A stretch of DNA of 64,000 nucleotides. It comes from Nageia nagi. Its lineage: Eukaryota; Plantae; Pinophyta. The notes beneath the pieces were generated by a model, which worked only from the letters and a program-made list of their open reading frames with translations, was not told where the DNA came from and did not search any database. A program made the translations under genes and the position numbers. The DNA lies in contig JBITNC010000002.1 in NCBI GenBank assembly GCA_050084985.1, positions 14,818,001-14,882,000 on the forward strand, written 5' to 3'. This document shows positions 50,926 through 64,000 of this stretch, piece after piece (position 1 is the stretch's first letter; the number at the start of each line of letters is the position of its first letter).

Positions 50926-53900
50926 CTATTGGTTGTTCAACATAACATAATTAATATCATATATTTATATAAGTTAAATAAATAAAGTTTAAGATAATAC
51001 CAAGTTTTTGATGTTTTCCATTTTACATTCATCATTCATTGAGGGTTCATCTAATAATCTCAATTGCTAAAGGAATCTCCTGGTTTCTTAGAATTTTCAA
51101 TTGGTTTATGATTATTGATTTGAATTTATTACTATGACAATTTTATCTCCTTTGAATCTTTTAAAGTATGCACATTGTTGATCGGTGGATTAATATGTTT
51201 AAGAACCATTCATATTATTACCATTCTTAAAAGATCTTTCTTGCTTTATGTTTAATAAATTATATTAATTGATAAAATCCTTTACAACCAAAGTATTATG
51301 TATGGTCAAATGGGGTATATCGCTCTTACGTACTGAAAAGATTTAATCAACTTAAAATTATATAACTCTTTATTGTTTGATTATATCAAAGTAATTTTAT
51401 TTATGAATCCTAAAATTGTATCAAATGATTTAAATATATAAATATTGTAAAATAAGGTTATTAGATTAATAACTCAAAATCTAGCACTAAAGATTAACAA
51501 TGATATACAAATATGAAAGAATTTATTTTGATCCTCCTACTTCAATATATTATTATTTTATGGTTTCTCTTAATGTATACAACCTAAATTGACTTAATTT
51601 TTAATAAAAGTCAAGTAAATAGATAACTCTATTATAGTACTTATATACAATTTAAGATATCATTATTCACTTCATTAAACTTGCCTTAATTTTCTCAAGT
51701 ATCTTCATAATTTGCATCATATTTTTTAGTGCTTGTTCCATGTCCTCATCATATAACACTCATCTCATTCCAAAGCACATTCCTATTGAATCAACTTAAG
51801 TTAAATCCACAATTATTGTGTCACTTTAATCATGTAAGTGATGTACTCCATAATTCATTTGGGATTATTTAATAACATTAATATTTCGCTATATTCTTGA
51901 GCATTTGATACATACTCTCTTTATGATCTTCTACATTAGTGCAACCTTCATATATTATGAAACCTCTCACAAAAATGGTCATTCTCTTCATGCTAACATA
52001 TGTTGAACTACTTTGTCTCTAATTGTATCCAAGACTAACTTCATATGATCTCATATTTACCTTACTTTATTTTTCTAGGTCCTTTTATTTTATTGAAATG
52101 GATCTTTTTAATAGCCTTCAAGCTAAATATTATTTGTTGTTTATTTTCACTTTGCCATATTATCAATACTTTCAAGTATTATCTTCTTTTTGTTTAAATG
52201 TATACAATGCTATTTTCTATTCCCTTGCTTTATCCTAAAAATCATAGTACAATCTATAGCTTTATTTGTATTACTTTAAACCAGTATTTTTCTTAGCAGC
52301 TAATCATCACTTACAAGCGAAAATTAGGATTTTAAGATTTTAAAATTGGCTAATATTTGAACCTCTGAAGGGGGGCCATTTGCCCTAAAATTACATGTGG
52401 GTATTAATTCTATGTATCAAATTGTCAAAAATTTAATTTCATTTTTTAATTCTAATTATGATTCACCTATATAGTTGACCTTTACTTTCATAGCTATTCG
52501 CCTTGAAATTATAAAAAAATTATAAATACCACCAATTTCATCTTAACCTCAATTACATACATAAAATATTAAAAAAAATTAAAAATTAAAAACTATGATA
52601 AATAATTAAAATGTATAAACTTTAGAAAGGGGTTTTAATTTGAATGACCTTATGGGGTAAAAATATTAAAAAGAGTTTATTTTAGAGAAAGGATTTTAAA
52701 TTTAGAATTAGCAAAATAAAATTTAATGGTGTTTATTTTATCTCCAGCGCTTGCTTTGGAAAGTTAGGTATCTAGCTTGGTTATTAAAAAAAACTAGGGC
52801 TTTACAAAAAAAAGTCCCTCCTCCATTCGAACCTTAGCCATTTTGCATTGTGTAAGGTTGAGAGAAAGATTTTGGAAGAGGATGGAAGGAAACCCTAGCT
52901 GCCACCATGTTTTGGAAGCCTATGTGTTGTGTTTAGTTGCTATGGATGGGTTTGTGAGCAAGTTTTGAGCCTACAACTCCTACTCTATTCATTGTTTTGG
53001 TGCTACAAATCACATGGGGGCATAAAAAATATGTGATGAGTATTATACCCATGTTGTGGAAGATTTTTGGCACTAAAAATCATGATTTTGGGGATGAAAG
53101 GACATATTGGTGCCATGAGGGAAGGTTGAAAATGAAATCTACCCATCGTGGGAGCTTTTCGACACTTCAAACTTGATTCATAAGGGTCTTTTAGGGGTTT
53201 GATGATCGAAACTTGGGAAAAGGGGTCTTATGGTTATTGGTTTGAGTTGGTCCTCATGTTCATTTTTGAGCTAGGCTGCATTTTGATGTGAGTTCATGAT
53301 TGAACCCTTCCATGTTGATATTTGTTGTGAAAAGTGGCCCTACTCTTGGAAATTATTTCCTGAGTTATGGAAATCATTGCATTTGTTCAAATTATATCAG
53401 TTGAAAAGTTTGACATCATTGGTATTTTATGGATTTTAATCATTTGGCTACTTTTCCATGTATAGGTTATTTGGACTATGTTTCTTTGAGATGGGTTTAT
53501 CTTTTGCTATCAAATTGTAAAATAGATTATGGGCATGTAGTGTTTTTATTATTATGTTATCATTTTGTAATTTGGAGCATTAGCATGATGTGGACTTTAT
53601 ATTTCATTTTCCCTGCATAATAGGGTATAAATTATGAACAAGAATGTAATGGCATCATGTTTATGTGATGAGTTTATCTGCTTATTATTGTTCTTTCATG
53701 TGGGTATTCGGGGAGGATATGAACCATGATTCATGTGAGGTTTTGTCTTTATATGTTTCTTTCCCTTGGGGTTTTCGAGGGACTTCATTATGATACCCTT
53801 CTGATTTCATGTAGAGGTTAACTTTTAGGCCATGTTGGCCATGGTACAATCCTAGACCCTATCTATGGTCGATAAACCTTATAACTGGTAATGAGATATG

Positions 53901-56900
53901 AGAATTGATGAACTGTATGCAAATAAAACTAGAAAATCCTTCACGAGAACTACTTTGAAAATAAAATATCTTAAATTAACCAAAATAATACTTTTTGTTA
54001 ATAATTAGTTGCATGAATGGAGAAGCTGGAAATATACTATTCATTTTGCATATACATGTGGATATATTTTGGAGTGTTGCATACAAGAATCATAAATTAC
54101 TACAATATATGAAGTTATTCTATCATTTCCTTTGGAAAGTTGATTTTGGTAGTTCCCCTTGTATGCATACATTTGCAAGGGTACTACATTGCATGTTGAT
54201 GGTGTTCTAATCTTTACAAAAATTTATTGGCATTTTAGTTGAATCAAATTGAAAAATCTCACATAGTTTTATTTCTTTTTCAAAAATAAATTTTCCATTG
54301 GAGTAATGATTTTTCAGTTATGTTTGTCATTATCTTAATGAACCTTTTCAAAGTTTTACCAAATAAAGATTTTGTAAATGTAAATGTTGTTCTAGATCCA
54401 TAGATGAAATCTTTTTCTATATAATAAACATATAGTTCAATTAAAATGAGCTCTTAGTTGAAATAAAAGTTGGGGATTGATTTGCTTTTTTGTATCAATG
54501 GAATTTATGTTTAAGTTGCCCATATATACATTTAATGATGGAGTAAAGTCAAGTAGTTTTGGGTGTAGTTAAAGTAGGTTCAATTATATTTTGTACATTC
54601 TTCATTAGATAAATAATGAAGTAGATCTCCTTCTGTATATTTTGCATTGTATGTAATAGTTGGAAAAACTATTTAACAACTTAGGACATGAATTAATCTT
54701 ATTGCAACAGTCAATTGATGTATGAATTCATATTTCTATCATGTTCTTTATTATGTTCTGTAATCATTTCTTATTTCTTATTTATATGAGTGGAGAAATG
54801 GATGAAGAGGTATACCATATAACCTTTATATGGTTATAGTGAACATTCTTAATTCTGTTGTTCTAAGTTACTCTTTTTGATGGGTTCCCTAGAAAGATTT
54901 CCATTGTAGAGTTACTATTGTACTAACATAGTAGGATAGTAAGGTTTTAAAGTTTCATTCATGTCTAGTATTTTCTAGCATAAGAATTAGTTTTTGTTTG
55001 ATACTAAAAATGATCATTGGGAATATTAGTTACTTTTGTCATTTATTACTAATACTTCTTTGATAGTTTTTAGGGAAAAAGTAACTATTTCAAATGTATC
55101 AATAACTTGGAACCTAGTGTGTTATCATTATACAATGTACTGTTGTTATCGATTTCTTTAAAACATAAGAGCAATATTATGGCTATGATGTTCCTCTTTA
55201 TGTAGCATTTGTGAGATAGGAGTTATTCATGGAAACCTTACAAGTTGATAGTTGTGATGATAATTTCATTTGAAATATTAGAATCCATAATATTAGTTCC
55301 TCTTAGTGTTAATGTGTGGTTTGGCTAAAGCAAACTATTAGTCATTTGACTTTATTAGAATGTGATATTTGTAGTGCTTAATGATAGTGTTACAAAGTGA
55401 TTGAATCTTACTTCAAAAACAATAGCAATTTCATCACCATGATAAATATTTTTTATTTTATTATGTAACTCATTGGAATATTTAAATAGTGTTGTTGCAC
55501 CTACTTTGTAATGATATATGGTTGGCTAAAACTTTCAGTATTCATTTGTGACTTTGGATTATGACATAAGGACTTAATATTGTCATAGTTTGGATTGGAG
55601 TGTTGGAACTAAAGTAAAGTTAAAAAGACATACTTTAGAAAACTCATTGAGTAATATAATGATTCGTTTGATTTATTTTGTAAGTTTGGGACCTCTTACA
55701 TTTATATTCGTACTTTCTATTGGGTGTACTTTATAAAAGAGAGCAAATAAGTTTGAAACATTTATCTGTGAAAATATGATTGATTATGCTTTCAAATAAA
55801 AAGTAAATAGTAAGTATTTTACCAAAACGTATTATTGCCTTGTGCTTGTGAATTTAATAAGAAAAAGTAAAGGTTGCTTAATCCTTCTTAACCTGAACCT
55901 ACACAACTCCTAACTTGTTTAAAAATAAAAAGGAATTATTCTAATGAATGAATGGTGTTTTTAATACCTTTTAAATTCAATGGTTTGTAGTATTTATCAA
56001 AATTTGTTCTAAGATAAATATATTATTTATGTATTTAATGATTATTTCTAACAAAAATAAGATTCATAATAATATTGTTTCATATTTATTTTGGTTATGT
56101 TGTCTTTAGAATTCATGGATTAGCTTGTATTTTCAAGTATCATGATCCTTTTTTCTTTAAGTGTTTGTAATTATAATATATGTCGCTAATTATATAGTGT
56201 ATTATGTGAAAATTAAATAATAAATTTAGTTAATTATGCTAAATTCCAAAATGATAAAAAACAAATGAAATATTATTAATGTATATGAATGCATAGAAAC
56301 TTTCTACATCATAGCAGTCGTACCTTTTCTACATCACAATTAACATGACAAAGATTCACATTTCATTTCATACCTTTTATTTTGAAGGCTATTTTTGATA
56401 ATAAATTTATTTCACCTTGATTTTCCAATATTTTTTAAGATTTTGTATAAATTTGTCTTTTACCCTACATGTAAATTTTCAAACAATGATGATTTCACCA
56501 TAGTTACTATATGACTTTGGACCATTTTTGCCAAATTTCAAAACTAATTCACCTTAGTTTCTTCGAGTTTTTTTTTGGATCGATCCTTAGGAATAATCTA
56601 GCTTCAAATATGCAAACTCATAGCATGTATATCTTTAGCCTTCAATGGTTTCTATTGCACAATATTTATAGATTGACCTTGAGATTATTGTACATTCCAA
56701 TTTTCTTTAAGAGATTTCAAATTGAACTTTTTACCATCCTTCATAATATAGTATATGTTATTACCTCTATCATGATTAGCCTCACAATCATATTACCGTA
56801 GTTTCCATAGTAAAATATGGTAAGTATCCATGTGTAATTCATCTTAGTATGTACCAATCATAAAGAATATTTTTACTATTATTTGATAATTATGTGTTAT

Positions 56901-59079
56901 TCTTATTGCATCCAAGAGACTTATATGGTATATATATGGTGTGCAAGAGGGATTTAAAATTTGGATGACTTAAAAAAATTTAAAATTATGGATAGTATTA
57001 TTAACAACACAATCTTATAACATTTTATAGATATAAGAAATCGGTTTAGAAATTACTCCTCTTTCATAACTTGACATATTACTTTTTTCAAATTAAATAA
57101 GCTCTTTATAACATTAAATTCTCTCTTTTAGATTGACTACATATATCCAATATATTAAATTCATTAAGTTCTTCTTGATCTATTATGGCTCTTTTATCTT
57201 TCTTTTTTTAAACATTCAAATATTTTATTGCCTATATGGTTATATCTAAGATAAGTGTATGAAATATTTATCCCCTTCTACATGGTTCTTGGGAAGAATA
57301 CTATCCTTTACTTTTTTAATTAGAAGATATTTATTTATAAGACAATATTGATCATTAACCACCTTGTTATTGCCTATGTCTTCTAGTTCTCTTTTGATAC
57401 CAATAGTCTTTCTATTCAAATTTTATTTCTTTTAAAAAGAAATAAATATTATATTTTATATATAATTGCTAATCATTATTACTATTTTAAAGCATAAGTT
57501 TACTTTTGTAGCTTGTTCGCGTAAGGATATGTGTGTTGGAGGTAGGGAGATCTTATGGGCATAGAGGTAGTGAGAGCCTTTGGGCATAACAACAGGGAGA
57601 GCCTTTAGGCATAGAGATAGGGATAGCCTATGGTTATTGGTTGAGAAAAAAAGGGCTTGCGAGCTATGTGCAACAACATCATGTGCTTGAAAAAGATCCT
57701 ACAAGGATGCTTTTACCTTGTGGGGATGGTATAATCGAGAACCTTAAGGGGAACGAAGGAGAGAAGAGAAGTTATGGAGCAAAGGGGTTGCATAGCATGG
57801 GAAGGAGTAATAAGGAACTTAGAGGTATATTTGAAGGGTATTTACAAATATCTTCCCTATGTGTTTTTAGGATATACCTACTAGATGTTTAAGGATACAT
57901 AGGGTCATGAATCCTCTCTAATGTGAAATGGTCATGGAGCTTTATTAATCTTAATTTTTAAACCAAACTAGTTTTTATAAAACCATAACAATTATATATA
58001 TTAAATTCTCTCAAACCATATAAAATATTAGTAATATGGAATTTTTGTATTTAAGAATATTTATTTTAGTTGTTTCTCCTATTTTAAACTATAAATGATT
58101 TGGGATTAACAAAAAAATTATCTTCTGCTGAATTGTTGAAGGTTTAAGGTAAATTTAAAAAATCTTAATATATATGATAAGATCCCATTCAAAACCTTTT
58201 TATTTACCCATAGTAAAAGAATTTAATTATTATCATTTCTCTCAAAATAGAACTCTAATGAGAGATGTACTGTGCTCTAATCCTTCTACTTCTTGAGTGT
58301 TGGTACCATATAGAATCCTATAAAGTTAATGTAGATTCATGTTAAGTGCAATTCCTTCACAAATTGAATGAAATAGATACCCCTCATCATGTATCTTAAA
58401 TCTAAATGTTAAACCTCCCTTTAATAAATAAGATGTTTTACATGAAAAAATAATTTGATAGTTCTTGCACAACATTTACTTGTATTCACTACTCTACATG
58501 AGAAGGCAATATATAGAGGTAATAGGTTATTCTTAAGATGTATAGTATCGTATTTGTAGAGGAAATTAATTTTGGTTAGAGACACTACACTCTCCTACCT
58601 ATTTTTTTGCTTTATTATGTCGATTGTGTTTTTTTTTATTAATGGGTTTATTTTGTATTAATAAAAAATGGGATTTTTGAAAGGTTATCCTAACCTTTTA
58701 CATGTTTAAAACTTTGATTTTAAGTTTTGAAGGAAGTACAAATAACAGAAGTAGTTGAAAAGATAATCAATTTAACATTTACTACTTACCTTTGAATTTA
58801 CCAGTACTACATTTAAAATCCTCCTACCAAGCTTTAAATTTGACATTTGTATGAACGTATTTTGAGATTTTAAATGTAAAATACAACTAATTCAATTTTT
58901 TAAATGTATTGTTTAACAGTGAATTAATTATATATTCTCATCATTTTTATGTTTACTTTCAAATTTTAGTTGTATAATTTTTTATATGTATAAATATTTT
59001 TATATACGGAACAATAGGAATGGAATAAGTAGTCATGTACATGACACAGATGAAATCGGTACTAGTCGAAACCATAGAT

Positions 59080-59590
59080 TGTTGGAATGTATAATGCATT
59101 ATTGTAAAGGTTGTATTAAATCTTCTATGTAAATTCATTAATACTTAAGGGTATTATTTGATACCTTAAGTATTTTAGTGAATATAATAATGTAATTTGT
59201 CCTACACTCCGAGTCATGAGCATGCCCCTTGGGTCAAAGGATGTGCATGTCATGCTTAGGTAATTCAAAGATGATTTTGGCCTATAAATAGAAGGCTCCC
59301 TCTTTGTATTAACACACCAATTATGTGGAGTAAGGTTATGCTATAGGATAGAAGTGTAGGAGTTGAGATTAGGAATATTGTAAGAGAGTTGTGTTTGTGA
59401 GAAGTAAAGTTCTAGTTAGTGGATGTACTCTTAGATGGAGAAACCACTTTACATCTTATGTTGTGAGATTGCTTTATGTATTTGTTAGATGTAATTGCGA
59501 TATTTCATGTGATCTTGGTAGTTTAGGAATTATCTTGGTAGTTTAGGAATTATCTTGTTAGTGTTAGTTCCTTCAAATTGGTATTAGAGC
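59080..59590 (+). mobile_element. Decayed 5' LTR plus PBS of an LTR retrotransposon (internal region lost)
   Basis: TGTTGG start, CCTATAAATAG TATA box, GTGGATGTA motif, ...TTCA end at 59575, followed by a PBS-like TGGTATTAGAGC at 59579-59590. Confidence 0.6.
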
Positions 59591-62500
59591 ACACTTAGAG
59601 GCTCCTCTTTACATCCTTAAGTTGAAAAATCTTCTTCAACTCTCTTAAGAGATCTTCTTCCTTTCAATCTTGAAGTTTTGTTGAGGTAAAGAATAAGAAA
59701 AGGTATAATTACCCTCCTTCTTGGTTATTTTTTTTACTCATTACTGATACTAACATATCTTGTAACATATGTTAGTTCATTTTTTTTCTTTCATACTATG
59801 GTTGAAATAGTGATATAATTTTTTTTATATACTAATTTCTTATGTTAAATGCAATTTTTTTCGCTTAACATATTGTTCTCTTTTATTGAGGAGATTAGTA
59901 TATGAAAATTACAATTTTTTCTTAACATATTGGTCTCTTTTATTGATATTTCATATTTCATTGTTAAGGAGGAGAACTTTTCTTTTCAATAATCTATTTA
60001 CACAAATTGTAAATATATAAGGTGGCTTAACATAAACCTTTTTTTTAAATGTGTATATATATAGATCTATATATCTATATTTCAATCCACCTTTGTATGG
60101 GTGGCCTATATATATAATTGTTTTACAAACAATCACAAATAAATAAAAAAACAAAAAAATAATAACAATGTTTTCAATCAATGATGGTGACCTCCCCTTC
60201 GCTATTCCTCCACCACCACCTCGGTTGGTTCATCTAGCCCTTTATCCATCGCTCTTCCCATGGATGTGCTACATGCACAGTACCATTTCTCCATGCACTA
60301 TGACCCCTCCTCATTGTTGTTCCTCATCCCATCCCTATTTCATGATTTGCAAGGACTTGTTGGTTGTCCCAGGGGATGGTTTATTTTGATCTTACCTCCT
60401 CCTCTAACAAGGCACTCACCCTATGGTTTGATACCTACAATAGGAGGCTTGGCGGGGTTGTATGACATCCCCACGACTACTAGTATTGGTTGGGTGTTGG
60501 AGCATTGGTAGGATTCATTACTCTTTTTAATATCATGTACCCCTTGGTGACATTGGTAAAAATTGTTGGATGGTAGGGGAATGTTTACCCATGACTAACT
60601 GAACAAATCTGTGTCCACATACGATGCCACCATCCTCTTCGATGCTTTGGATTTAATGCCACTACTAATCCCACTAACAGATTCCTAGTCAAATGCATCC
60701 CAACATAAATAGACCATGCAAATTGGATTTCAACTGGGTGGTTTTTAGCATCTACTTATCGATCCTAACATTTTTGCAAGCTATATTTAGTGCACTTCGT
60801 GAGAGTATCCATGCAAATATTATCAACACCTCCTTTATGTGCATACCCATTTATGGTGGTGAATGAGGCCAGTAGCTTTGTTTCGATCCTCATCAACCCC
60901 ACATTCAATTTTTACAATTTAGAGCAACATTCATGAAAGCATGTTGTTGACCACTCCTCGAGACTCCTGTACTACATCCTCCCTAACTCGTGACCTTTGA
61001 CCAATGTAGTAGAATAAGGGACAAGCACACACGTCATGTAGTTTTTTCTTTTCCTTGCATGTGTTAGATTTGTTGTTAATAGCTACCTTATTTTTTTATC
61101 AATGTATCCTTTTTGTTTTTCCACAAATACCTACCTAGTGCCATGATTTTCCATACTACCCCTCGACACTTATTAACTACAACATTTGATACTGGCATAG
61201 CATGAATCATTTGCTAAAAATTGCTCATGCATATTCCACCTTGGTCTATTTGAATGCCCACACCATGGTCTTTCTATGACGTCAATTTTTTACTCACCTT
61301 ATTTTTAACAGCTCTCATTTTTTAAGTAAAAAGGGGAAAGAGCTTATGAGTATTTTACTTAAAATTTTATGCATGCTTAATATTTTCTTAGCACTTAATT
61401 TTTGGTGATAAAAGCTTAAGGACTTAAAATTTAAGTTAAATATTTTTAACTCGAAAATGCATGCTTATGACTTCAAATTTTTGAATATGCATGCTTATGA
61501 CTTAAAAATGCATGATTATGCCTCTTAAATTTTAGTTCTTATGAAGAAATAATGCATGCTTAATTTTTGGATTGATGCATACTTTTTCCAGTTAATGATG
61601 CATACTTATACTTATGAGATTGATGTATGCTCTTATGCAAAGTTAATGGACTTGTGCAAAATAAGGATTGATGTAAAGATATTCTTTAGGGGTTAGTATA
61701 CAAAACCCATTGGACACTTAGGTTTTGAGTTATTGAATGGATGAGTTTTACTTGTGCCCTTTTATGTTTTGCATTTTGATTTATTTGCTTATGCAAACAT
61801 TAAAATGATCAACCCCCTAAAATGAACACATTCGTATGTATAATTCACAACATGACTTGTTTAGGGAGCCATGAGGTGAGGATAGGCAAAATGGAGCCTT
61901 TAAGTTTGATGATCCAAGTGGTGAAAAGTCCATACTGCTTAATTACCTCTAAGTCCTCTGTTGGTCTGGATTGAACTCCAATAGGTGGACAGGTATGTGT
62001 GTAGTGATACCACATATCTACACATCCATTTAGGGATTATCCTAATAACCTAAGAGAATAACTTGAAACTTAATCAAGATTAATAATTTGGTCGATCTAA
62101 TAAACATTAAAACCTTAGAAAATAGCTAGTACTTATCCTTGTGAAATATATTACTGCCCAAGGGGAACTGATTGAGGATTGGTATTACTTGGGCTCCTCT
62201 TGTGTGAGCATCCAAGTGAAAGCCTAATTTTAGACAAGATAAGAAGCCTCAACCATGTCACTCTATATCCAATGGTGTTATTTTTATCCCACATATGTTG
62301 AGCTATAGTGATTTGTTCTATAAGCATGAGGGTTCACTCATCTCTAAAAATGTATATACTTTAAAATTAAGTATTTTATGCACTAACATTATTATATTTT
62401 TTGTACATCATTGTTTACAATGTATTAAAATTATTGTATTTGAGGTTTATCTTGAGAGCTTGGAAATTTATCTAATAAATGATTTAATACAAAATAGAAA

Positions 62501-64000
62501 TAAAAATAATATTTAGTACTTCTAAAAAATTCCACTCACATTCCCAAGTGGATAGCCAAACTAAGTAGAATCATGATCAGAAGAGTTAGAGTTAGAACTC
62601 TCAGGATATGTGATAGGTGAACTAGGTATATGGAATAACGCATCATGAGTAATCAGAGAAAAATGACACCTAATGTTGAAAAATGGGTAGTACACCCATT
62701 GATCCCCTTCTCGCATTCATCGTGAAACATAAATGGAATCTCAATGAAGATCTCATCACCATACTATAAATGCAACAGTATAAGGGTGATAGTACTCATG
62801 AGGATGCAGCATTGCAGGACCTGCATAGTGCAAAAAATGGAAGACAAAAGGTGTCCACAAAATAAAAGGATAATCTTTCATATCCAATTTGAATGATAGA
62901 TAAGTGTGAGTATGAGGTGCAACTACTTGGCATCCTCCAAATGATTGATAAAGCAGATGGCCCATCGATGAAGACTTCGATCACCTTGTATGCAAATAAG
63001 ATTTTTTTGCACAATAGTCTACAGTGTAGTACAAGCACATTGTAAGAATCGACCTTGAATACATCGATAAATAACTTATTATGGAAGATTAGCATGAAAA
63101 CCTTGAAAAATGGTCATATCCATGATGAATAACAAGTGAGTTAGATCTCTTTGAGGGTTTCATACATAAGTGAAAGTAATGGTGAATATATAGAATTACA
63201 AACTAACTAGATCATCGATCATAAATGGGAATATCAAAATGGATAAACCGTGAAAGCATAATAACTAATGTGATCTTTACTTTATTAAAATGTTAGAAAA
63301 TATTTCCACTAACAAAGCCCAAGTGGGTGGCGCTTACAACTTGATTAATACTAGTTTAGTAAATGGTCACTAGAATCCAAAGAAATAGCATCATCTTCAG
63401 ATATGCTAGAATCGGATGTGTCCATTCCTAAAAGATATTGATGTGAAAGAGGTATAAAGTGATAAGAAAAAGAAAATAAATGATATAAAATACGATATCC
63501 ACCTCACCAAATAATGCGAAAAGAGTACATGGATGACCATTGAAGCCTATGATGACGAACTGCCCACGTAATAGTGAGTGGTTCAAAATACTTCTATGGA
63601 TGTAGGGAAGGTGATCCAATGTAGCGTACAAATTGTAAAAGATAGCGATTGAATAGGGTATAAATAATTATACACCATGTCCAATCAGGCCGACTGAGTA
63701 AATGAAATAATCGATGAACATGATCCTCATGATTAAGATGAAAAATCATGCAAATACCATAATAATCATATGGGTACAATTATAGAAATACTATTCATTA
63801 TTGCAATAAAATCTCAAAAATGATCAAAGCATGATTTTTTAAAGTTGCATGAACATTGCGATGCACTATGTTATCCTAAAGATCGCTCGGTAGGGCATAA
63901 AATTGAGACACATCCATGATGGATAATAGTTCAAATCATAAATGCAAAGTATTGAATGACAAGTGAGGGTCATTTACAACTATTTATAACACATATGTTT

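Noticed and set aside
60168-63779. Short ORFs at 60168-60511 and 62756-63779
   Set aside because: No recognisable domains and frequent stops; probably decayed TE sequence that I cannot classify.

Overview
AT-rich, transposon-dense plant nuclear DNA, probably gymnosperm; this is inferred from the style of the PPR and retroelement sequences and pervasive C>T decay, and the species cannot be established. There is one clearly intact gene, an intronless G-type lectin S-domain non-RD receptor kinase (439-2841), and a deletion-riddled pseudogene copy of it at ~28.4-29.8 kb. The most notable object is a 7.9-kb rolling-circle (Helitron-like) element at 3381-11287 on the minus strand. It has TC...CTAG ends in an A|T site, a 158-bp terminal foldback that includes the terminal CTAG, and a 4-exon ~1635-codon HUH-Rep/PIF1 helicase gene of the Helentron/HLE2-like type. 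It also carries a divergently oriented, intronless gene for only the N-terminal (adaptor-binding) part of a cullin. An older ~305-bp miniature member of the same family lies head-to-tail next to it. The remainder comprises a full-length Ty1/copia element (45791-50925), Ty3/gypsy remnants, an RTEX-like LINE, a Pack-CACTA carrying a PPR fragment, a MITE, solo LTRs, SINE-like repeats, PPR pseudogene fragments and a damaged WRC-domain gene.
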